14,816 bases of DNA from Lepidodermella squamata. Lineage: Eukaryota; Animalia; Gastrotricha. Each line of letters starts with the position of its first letter. Position 1 is the first letter of the stretch. The stretch spans positions 1 to 14,816 of the forward strand of contig JBLDXI010000149.1 of the NCBI GenBank assembly GCA_047495785.1. Direction: 5' to 3'. The notes below the pieces were generated by a model. The model searched no databases. It was given only the letters and a program-made list of their open reading frames with translations, and had not been told where the DNA came from. Shown piece by piece: positions 1-9,100 of the stretch. The translations under genes were made by a program, and so were the position numbers.

Positions 1-3000
1 TCCAGAGTTTCGCTGAATTGCTTCATTCTGCAAAATATATACAAATTAAATTTTTCAGACTAAAATTAATTTCAATTTCAATTCAATTATTTCAATGAAC
101 CAGCCAATCAAATTAATAATCAATTTCAATCATTTCAATTAATTTCACATTTTCAAATTAAAATTTTTCTCAAATTAAATTGTTCGTTAATTTTCAATGA
201 TTTTTATGAAAATAAATCTTACACGTCAGGTGAGCTGTTCTGTGAATTCTGAACCAGCCACGGGATATATCGACCCAGCGATCGAGGATCAGCACTAGTC
301 GCATCAGCCAGCAGACAGGAAGCAATTTGAGCAACCATCGACTTGATATAACCTCCTCCAACATCTTCCAATAACGGCGTTTCCAGGCCCTTCAACGCAA
401 CTTTCATGTTAACAATCGCATGCAAATCGGTAACGAAATTCATTAGATCAGTCAAATACGGCTTCAGGAGATCTGCGACATTCGCTGGGACGGTTAAAGC
501 GCCTCCTGTTAGGGTGACACCATGACTGACGAGAGAATTCGCGTCTAGTGGGACCCCAGAGGCTGGGTCGCAGATTCGTTGATCGAGATGCGATGTCAAC
601 GGCGGGCTGATACGGCAAGCATCGAGTGAGATGAACAGTAGCAACGAAACAGCGTTAGCATAATTAACCAGGCCAGTACAACGAATGACGTGTAACATCT
701 CGGCACAGACGAATTGAACAAAAACACGACGATCTCGCTCTTTCGCGTAACAACGGCTAATAGCATTGAATAAATTGACCATAGCCTGGACTGGGATACT
801 TGTATTCGGCTCGTGGAGAATCGCAGCGACCAATTTACAAGCAGCGTCCAGCAAATCGCGACTAGCAATCGGATGCAATAAGCGGAACATATGGCCCAAT
901 ACGTTGAAAATAGTTTTATTCGCTGATTGAAGAATTTGAGGCGATAGGCTCAGCTTCGTCAACAGCTGCGGAACTTGAAGGTCGAGTTCCTCAGACGGCG
1001 GGATGTTTTCCAGGGTCACGTGACTCAAATAAACGTCCAAATTCGCTAGAATTTGATCTGTATTCTCCAGATTCAACGACTTTTTCGAGTTCAGATTTCG
1101 AACTAGATCGAGCAACAACCCGCTATTCGTCAATTCGTGGTAGTCGTGTAAAGATGCGGCTAACGCGCCGAAAAATTGGCGGGGTCTAGAGATTCGACTC
1201 GAGAATAAAAGAGGCACAACTCCGTTCGGCTGAAGTTGACACATCGACATCCGCAAGAATTGTTTCGCGACAGATACGCAATTTCCAGGAATATGAACAT
1301 ACACGTCTTCCTTCTGCCAGAAATATTGGAAGGAATTAGACACTCGAGCGACAATTTGAAGCGCGTCGAGTAATAACGGAGCGGCAAGAGCCGGCTCGCG
1401 ATGCACAAAAGCGCATAGAGACACAATGCAAAGGCCAACGGTTTCGGGCGACATTGATAGAATCGGTTCGCCGCAAATCGAACAGGCCATAGTGCAGCGA
1501 CGGCGGGCTAGGGCTGCGTCGTTATCGTCACTAGCCTGTGCCTGTTGTTGACTAGCGGCGTGGACGCTCGGCGCTTTAGCCATTGAAGTTTTCGTAGCCT
1601 CGACTAGAATATCGCGGAGGCCGCCCTTTTTCTGGCCACCCCGTGGAAATAGCGAGAAGGCTGATTTCGAACTGGTCGAGACATGCCCGATAGACTGGTC
1701 GAGATTGCCATGCGCCTGGGCCTGAACTCCAAAGGCTAGACCCGGCGAAACTGTGCTGGGTAACACATCAGGTTCAGGGGTTGCCGACCATGAAGTTGAC
1801 CCTCTCATATTCGTCAAACTCAACGACCGCTTCAACCCGGGTTGAAAGGCCGCGGAGGAATGGAACGAATAATCGCCGGATGAATGAGCTCCGATACAGT
1901 CGTGAGTAGCTGAATGCAACGTGGCGATAACAATCGTCATCAAGCTAACAATCCCATCCGTGAACAACTGCTCGGTGTTATAGTCGTATTTGTACAGAAT
2001 CGCCGTCAAAGCCATAAGCCAATCACGCCGGATGAAGTGATGTAACGGGGCGAGGGTCGGCGCTTTATTGCTGTCTTCAGTCGATGAAACGCAGCAATGT
2101 TGCATCATGACAAGAATCGCCGGCATTAAAGTTCGGCCAATCTCGAGATTTCGATCGACCAACGCCGGTAATTGGCCCATAAATGCGTTGAAAACAACAG
2201 ATCGGCGAAACCGCTCGGGTTCGACGGTGATATTTCGAACAGTTGGGTTGAAGCCGAGAAGGTGATTCAAAAGGCGAAACAACGAATTCTGCGTTTTGCT
2301 GTCGTGGAAATTATCGCGCGTCGAAGTTGAATGCGCGTGATTTTGGGCACTCGCGGCTGGGCCGTTGTGCCCCGGCGCCGGGATCGGCACCGCACGTTCT
2401 CTCGCCGCCTCTCTCGGTAGGTCACTCATGAATTTCATTAGGAACGTGATAGTCCGATGCATAACCTCTCGCCGTTGTTTGTTCAGCTCAAAGGTTCGAA
2501 AACTAGCCTGTACCAGCGATGAATCGAACGAAGATGGCGGGCTGATATGCTTTTGAAAAACCAAATCTGAAAAATTGTGGAGAAAATCGAATTAACTACT
2601 GGGAACCAACCGCAGTTCAAACACATTCTTTACGGAAATAAAGGTTAAAAATTGATATTATCATTAAATCAGGTTTAAAATTAGATAGAAAAAGCCAGCT
2701 TTAACTTCAGCCTCATGTCGGTGGTGAGTCAACAAATTTCGCCTGGATGATTTTGAAAAAGGTAAAATAAAATTAAAGGAATGATTTTCAAAGAGCAAGC
2801 AGTAATATTTCAGATATAGAATTTCAAGTAACAAAAAGCATGCAAAGCGAATGATTCTTTTTTCGTATTTTCTCTAAAAATGACTGACAACAGTAACTAT
2901 AAATGATTGCGGCAAGCGATCATTTTTACGAGAGTTTCGTATTTTTATGTCAACCTGATCTACAAATGATGCTAAATATGTTTGCGGTCGATAACGGTTG

Positions 3001-5121
3001 CGCGTCTGTATTGTATTTTCAAAATTAAAATTATCAACAAATATTGGACATTAATTCAAAAAACACCCTTAGCTCAGGACGCCGTTATGATTTAGGAGAG
3101 ATCATCTAAAGGCTTGATCTAAACGAACGATATTTACACGTTTTATCTACGATTCTACGACGCCCATTGTAACGATAAATTTACTAGTCGCCGATGTAGA
3201 AGAAGGAGAGGCATTCACCATCGAAGGAGAATGAGCTGGCTGATGTACTGCCGAAGAAAAATTATTCAAAGGTACTCTGATTCGACGAAGTTAGTGAAAG
3301 ATCACTCTAAAACTACACGCCATGCGCTGGAAGGAAACACTTTTTATGGAAAGCATGAAAATTGTTACACGCCAGAAAAAATATTAATAATAAATAGCTT
3401 TAAAACAATTTTTGTCATCAGAAAAAAATTAACATTGTTAAAAAAATAACACGAGGAACAACGTCGTGAAAAAGGCGTCAAATCCGGAGCTTAATTTTCA
3501 CGCTATCATCGCAGATATCAAAAAATCATCTTCAACAAACCGAGTGTAGGAAATAGCGCGACTGCTTACCGAATATGTAAATATGACGTACAAACGTTTA
3601 ATACGTAGTGTGACATTTTATGTTCAAATCGCAAGTGTTTCACATGAGAAAATTACGAGAAAAAAGCTCCACCTTAATTATCTGAATTATCATACCTGCT
3701 GTTAAAAGCTGCTTTTTCGTGATGCTAGCCGATGAAGTCTGGCGGTTTAACGGGCTTGTTGAGTCCTTTCGCTGAGCAGCTTGAACCGAGGCAGCGTCTC
3801 CAGACGTCAAATCTGACAAGGCTAGTTGAAGGCTTCGAATGACAGTAGGATGGGACAGTGCGAAACGAGCTCTGTCCAAACGATTGTCATGTTCGGCAAT
3901 TTCCAGCGGGTCTAACAAATCGCTGCTGGCCTGAATTTCAGCGACTAGCGCGTCGATAAATTGGTAGACCAAGTCCCATGTGATAATCGTGTGGCGGCTT
4001 TGCAACGTCGCTGATAACAGCGATAGGGTGTCCAGAACCGACAGTCGGTCAACGATGCAGTATCTGAACTGAAATAACATCGATTCAACGATAGTTTTGA
4101 TCGAATTCGCCTGCAAAGTGCCGAGTAAAATAGTTGTCCGTTGAACAATCGTCAGATTCAAGTCTCGAATCGAGAGGGCCAGGTGATAAGAAACCAAGGC
4201 GAGGCAAGAGAGTAATTGCTGATTTTTGACAACGTCTTCAAATCTGATGAGATGGCAGAGATTAACCGCACGTTCGACGGCGTCAAATCGGCACAGCCAT
4301 TCGGTGTTGAGAAAATCGCGTTTGATGACGATATCAAAAGCGTGGCGGCAATCGTCGGATAACGTAAGGCATCGCAGTAAACAAGCAACTGCACATCTTG
4401 GGATTTCAGCGTGGCTCGAATCCAAAACTTGCCAAAGCCTAAGAATATCATTTTGATATATAAATTCATCAGAAAAAAAAGAAATCTTACTTTGGCAAGA
4501 ATTTTCCAACCAAAGCCACGCAATTCTCTTTCGTACTTTCAAGGGCCGCATAACGGCGAAGACTGTCATCGTGAGCAATCATCAACTGAAGGCAATCGAG
4601 CAATCGCCAAACAATCGTCGCAGATCCACCGATTGAGCTGATTCCGATACTCGACGAAGCTCCAGGCGTAAGAGACGTTATAAACTTTTCAATCATACAC
4701 TCGAGCAATTTCGGCGCCAATGATGGCGCAACGTTCGATTTAGCTGCTAGCTTCAAAGTCAAAGCAGCCGAGCTAGCACTTGTTTCCAATGTCGCCGTAG
4801 TCGAAGACGATTCAAGACTAGCGTTATTCGTCGCGTCGACATAGTCAAATTTCTGAATTTTCGACGCCTGCCGCTCACACAGCCACCTTAAAACTCTAGA
4901 GTAGGTTTGCAGAAATTCGCCACATCGCTCGCAAGTGAAACAAGCGGCATTAACCGATCCTGGAATCGGCCCATGTGGCTGGTGGGGCCACTTCCAGTCG
5001 ATCATACCGATCAAACACGGCAGAACTTGACTGGCAGATTTGCCCCAGATTGAGTCATGCTTTTGCAACTCGGCCAGTTCCATTTGCCCGATCAACACCT
5101 CCAGCATTAGATTCATCACGT
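1..5121. repeat. Left arm of a large inverted repeat (reverse complement of 6117-11237); runs to the window edge, so it may be longer
   Basis: ORFs lying within this arm have identical translated mirrors whose coordinates sum to 11238 (219..2564- / 8674..11019+, 3640..4578- / 6660..7598+, 3231..3449+ / 7789..8007-). Spot checks at 1-60 and 2581-2640 match exactly. Complementarity ends at 5121/6117 (5122 a vs 6116 g). Confidence 0.98.
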
Positions 5122-6120
5122 AAAACTTGTATTCATTCACGTCTTCGATTTTTCTCTGCTGAGGCGCATTTTGCTTGGCAGTTTCAAAACGGTAGTATTC
5201 CAATATTGACGTATCATAGGGCTGGAAAATGTTTCAAAGAGAATAATAAGCTACAGTTCAACATGCAATCTTTAGGTTTATATAGGCAAGGCAACACGAT
5301 AACAATCTCATTAACCAGGAATTCTACATCTCAAATTTCATTCAAATTCTAAGCGAATTCTACGTCTCAATCGGTAACCTGTAATTAATTGTTAGTTAAA
5401 AAAAATGCTAACTGTATTCCAACTGTATTTAAACGCGCAACTAAGCTATGTATGACTCATTTCAAAACGCTAATGGTTTGGCACTCGAACCTGATAATCT
5501 TGCGGTAGCACGAATTCTGTCTGTTTATAGGGCAAGGAGGTTTTGATTAGTTAGGATTGATTTGTATCTCAGCAACATTTCAAAACTCTTCTTCGAAACT
5601 AGAAAAACTCGCGAATCCTGTCAAACCCTATAGATTGCAATCTTACCGCTAGAATAACAGCATGATCCGCCGACATTTTTTGAATAACCGTCAACGGGAT
5701 GTTTTCCTCGTTGTCTTCGTTGTAATGAACCGAGGCGTGCGCATCTGGCGAGCAGATGTTGGTGATACTCAGCTTGAACATCTTCGTCAGGTGACTCATC
5801 GGCACGGTAATCGACATTGAAGTCAAAATTTGAAGCCACCTTAACGCTTGTTCCTGGACAAGCAGCGAGCCGTATTCCAGGCGCTCCGAGACAAATTGAA
5901 ACATTTGATCGACCGAAAACGGCAGCGTGCCGAAATCGATGTTGAACATTTTTGACAGGAAAAATTTGAATTCTGGCAGCTCAAGCTCCGGCACTTCGGA
6001 CTGGACAGCCTCAAGCCAGTGGGGTATGACCACGTCCCAGATTTCGAATGTGACCAAATCGTAAGGCATCAGGCAGAATAAGCAGTTCAATCCGTGTTTG
6101 ATTTGCTGAACTCGAGACGT
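1..6120 (-). CDS. unc-79: UNC-79 homolog, mirror copy, truncated 5' at the fold-back junction and 3' at the window edge; exons in reading order about 6120..5647, 5221..4491, 4438..3696, [3247..3185], 2566..223, 27..<1
   Basis: Identical translation to the plus copy within the arm, plus extra upstream coding sequence in the spacer (QQIKHGLNCLFCLMPYDLVTFEIWDVVIPHWLEAVQSEVPE...LSKMFNIDFGTLPFSVDQMFQFV), which resembles an internal conserved UNC79 block. May be an artefactual duplicate. Confidence 0.88.
5122..6116. other. 995-bp unique spacer of the palindrome, made of contiguous minus-strand unc-79 sequence (exon 5' end 5122-5221, intron 5222-5646, upstream exon 5647-6116)
   Basis: No mirror copy in the window. 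Minus-strand donor GCG|gtaaga (intron starts 5646) and acceptor attttccag|CCC (exon starts 5221) join in phase 0: ...HAVILA|PYDTSILEYYRF... Confidence 0.9.
5647..6120 (-). CDS. unc-79: Single-copy upstream unc-79 exon, broken at its 5' side by the inversion junction
   Basis: Core of ORF 5599..6198(-). UNC79-like sequence starts at about (T)SRVQQIKHGL; the residues before it are antisense of the right arm. Ends at donor gtaaga (5646). Confidence 0.85.
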
Positions 6121-9100
6121 GATGAATCTAATGCTGGAGGTGTTGATCGGGCAAATGGAACTGGCCGAGTTGCAAAAGCATGACTCAATCTGGGGCAAAT
6201 CTGCCAGTCAAGTTCTGCCGTGTTTGATCGGTATGATCGACTGGAAGTGGCCCCACCAGCCACATGGGCCGATTCCAGGATCGGTTAATGCCGCTTGTTT
6301 CACTTGCGAGCGATGTGGCGAATTTCTGCAAACCTACTCTAGAGTTTTAAGGTGGCTGTGTGAGCGGCAGGCGTCGAAAATTCAGAAATTTGACTATGTC
6401 GACGCGACGAATAACGCTAGTCTTGAATCGTCTTCGACTACGGCGACATTGGAAACAAGTGCTAGCTCGGCTGCTTTGACTTTGAAGCTAGCAGCTAAAT
6501 CGAACGTTGCGCCATCATTGGCGCCGAAATTGCTCGAGTGTATGATTGAAAAGTTTATAACGTCTCTTACGCCTGGAGCTTCGTCGAGTATCGGAATCAG
6601 CTCAATCGGTGGATCTGCGACGATTGTTTGGCGATTGCTCGATTGCCTTCAGTTGATGATTGCTCACGATGACAGTCTTCGCCGTTATGCGGCCCTTGAA
6701 AGTACGAAAGAGAATTGCGTGGCTTTGGTTGGAAAATTCTTGCCAAAGTAAGATTTCTTTTTTTTCTGATGAATTTATATATCAAAATGATATTCTTAGG
6801 CTTTGGCAAGTTTTGGATTCGAGCCACGCTGAAATCCCAAGATGTGCAGTTGCTTGTTTACTGCGATGCCTTACGTTATCCGACGATTGCCGCCACGCTT
6901 TTGATATCGTCATCAAACGCGATTTTCTCAACACCGAATGGCTGTGCCGATTTGACGCCGTCGAACGTGCGGTTAATCTCTGCCATCTCATCAGATTTGA
7001 AGACGTTGTCAAAAATCAGCAATTACTCTCTTGCCTCGCCTTGGTTTCTTATCACCTGGCCCTCTCGATTCGAGACTTGAATCTGACGATTGTTCAACGG
7101 ACAACTATTTTACTCGGCACTTTGCAGGCGAATTCGATCAAAACTATCGTTGAATCGATGTTATTTCAGTTCAGATACTGCATCGTTGACCGACTGTCGG
7201 TTCTGGACACCCTATCGCTGTTATCAGCGACGTTGCAAAGCCGCCACACGATTATCACATGGGACTTGGTCTACCAATTTATCGACGCGCTAGTCGCTGA
7301 AATTCAGGCCAGCAGCGATTTGTTAGACCCGCTGGAAATTGCCGAACATGACAATCGTTTGGACAGAGCTCGTTTCGCACTGTCCCATCCTACTGTCATT
7401 CGAAGCCTTCAACTAGCCTTGTCAGATTTGACGTCTGGAGACGCTGCCTCGGTTCAAGCTGCTCAGCGAAAGGACTCAACAAGCCCGTTAAACCGCCAGA
7501 CTTCATCGGCTAGCATCACGAAAAAGCAGCTTTTAACAGCAGGTATGATAATTCAGATAATTAAGGTGGAGCTTTTTTCTCGTAATTTTCTCATGTGAAA
7601 CACTTGCGATTTGAACATAAAATGTCACACTACGTATTAAACGTTTGTACGTCATATTTACATATTCGGTAAGCAGTCGCGCTATTTCCTACACTCGGTT
7701 TGTTGAAGATGATTTTTTGATATCTGCGATGATAGCGTGAAAATTAAGCTCCGGATTTGACGCCTTTTTCACGACGTTGTTCCTCGTGTTATTTTTTTAA
7801 CAATGTTAATTTTTTTCTGATGACAAAAATTGTTTTAAAGCTATTTATTATTAATATTTTTTCTGGCGTGTAACAATTTTCATGCTTTCCATAAAAAGTG
7901 TTTCCTTCCAGCGCATGGCGTGTAGTTTTAGAGTGATCTTTCACTAACTTCGTCGAATCAGAGTACCTTTGAATAATTTTTCTTCGGCAGTACATCAGCC
8001 AGCTCATTCTCCTTCGATGGTGAATGCCTCTCCTTCTTCTACATCGGCGACTAGTAAATTTATCGTTACAATGGGCGTCGTAGAATCGTAGATAAAACGT
8101 GTAAATATCGTTCGTTTAGATCAAGCCTTTAGATGATCTCTCCTAAATCATAACGGCGTCCTGAGCTAAGGGTGTTTTTTGAATTAATGTCCAATATTTG
8201 TTGATAATTTTAATTTTGAAAATACAATACAGACGCGCAACCGTTATCGACCGCAAACATATTTAGCATCATTTGTAGATCAGGTTGACATAAAAATACG
8301 AAACTCTCGTAAAAATGATCGCTTGCCGCAATCATTTATAGTTACTGTTGTCAGTCATTTTTAGAGAAAATACGAAAAAAGAATCATTCGCTTTGCATGC
8401 TTTTTGTTACTTGAAATTCTATATCTGAAATATTACTGCTTGCTCTTTGAAAATCATTCCTTTAATTTTATTTTACCTTTTTCAAAATCATCCAGGCGAA
8501 ATTTGTTGACTCACCACCGACATGAGGCTGAAGTTAAAGCTGGCTTTTTCTATCTAATTTTAAACCTGATTTAATGATAATATCAATTTTTAACCTTTAT
8601 TTCCGTAAAGAATGTGTTTGAACTGCGGTTGGTTCCCAGTAGTTAATTCGATTTTCTCCACAATTTTTCAGATTTGGTTTTTCAAAAGCATATCAGCCCG
8701 CCATCTTCGTTCGATTCATCGCTGGTACAGGCTAGTTTTCGAACCTTTGAGCTGAACAAACAACGGCGAGAGGTTATGCATCGGACTATCACGTTCCTAA
8801 TGAAATTCATGAGTGACCTACCGAGAGAGGCGGCGAGAGAACGTGCGGTGCCGATCCCGGCGCCGGGGCACAACGGCCCAGCCGCGAGTGCCCAAAATCA
8901 CGCGCATTCAACTTCGACGCGCGATAATTTCCACGACAGCAAAACGCAGAATTCGTTGTTTCGCCTTTTGAATCACCTTCTCGGCTTCAACCCAACTGTT
9001 CGAAATATCACCGTCGAACCCGAGCGGTTTCGCCGATCTGTTGTTTTCAACGCATTTATGGGCCAATTACCGGCGTTGGTCGATCGAAATCTCGAGATTG

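Noticed and set aside
3061-3130. tagctcagg A-box-like motif (tRNA or SINE), mirrored near 8110-8178
   Set aside because: No B box and no cloverleaf pairing found.
3231-3449. 72-aa ORF and its mirror 7789..8007, plus ORFs 4975..5352, 12084..12302 and 13336..13518
   Set aside because: Mostly intronic, intergenic or antisense AT-rich frames with no recognisable protein similarity.
6121-6198. N-terminal part of ORF 5599..6198(-) as a novel fusion protein
   Set aside because: It is antisense of the right-arm exon read through the junction, starts at TTG, and has no ATG.
8313-8337. Small hairpin aaatgat...atcattt in the unc-79 intron
   Set aside because: A 7-bp AT-rich stem is expected by chance; no snoRNA or miRNA features.
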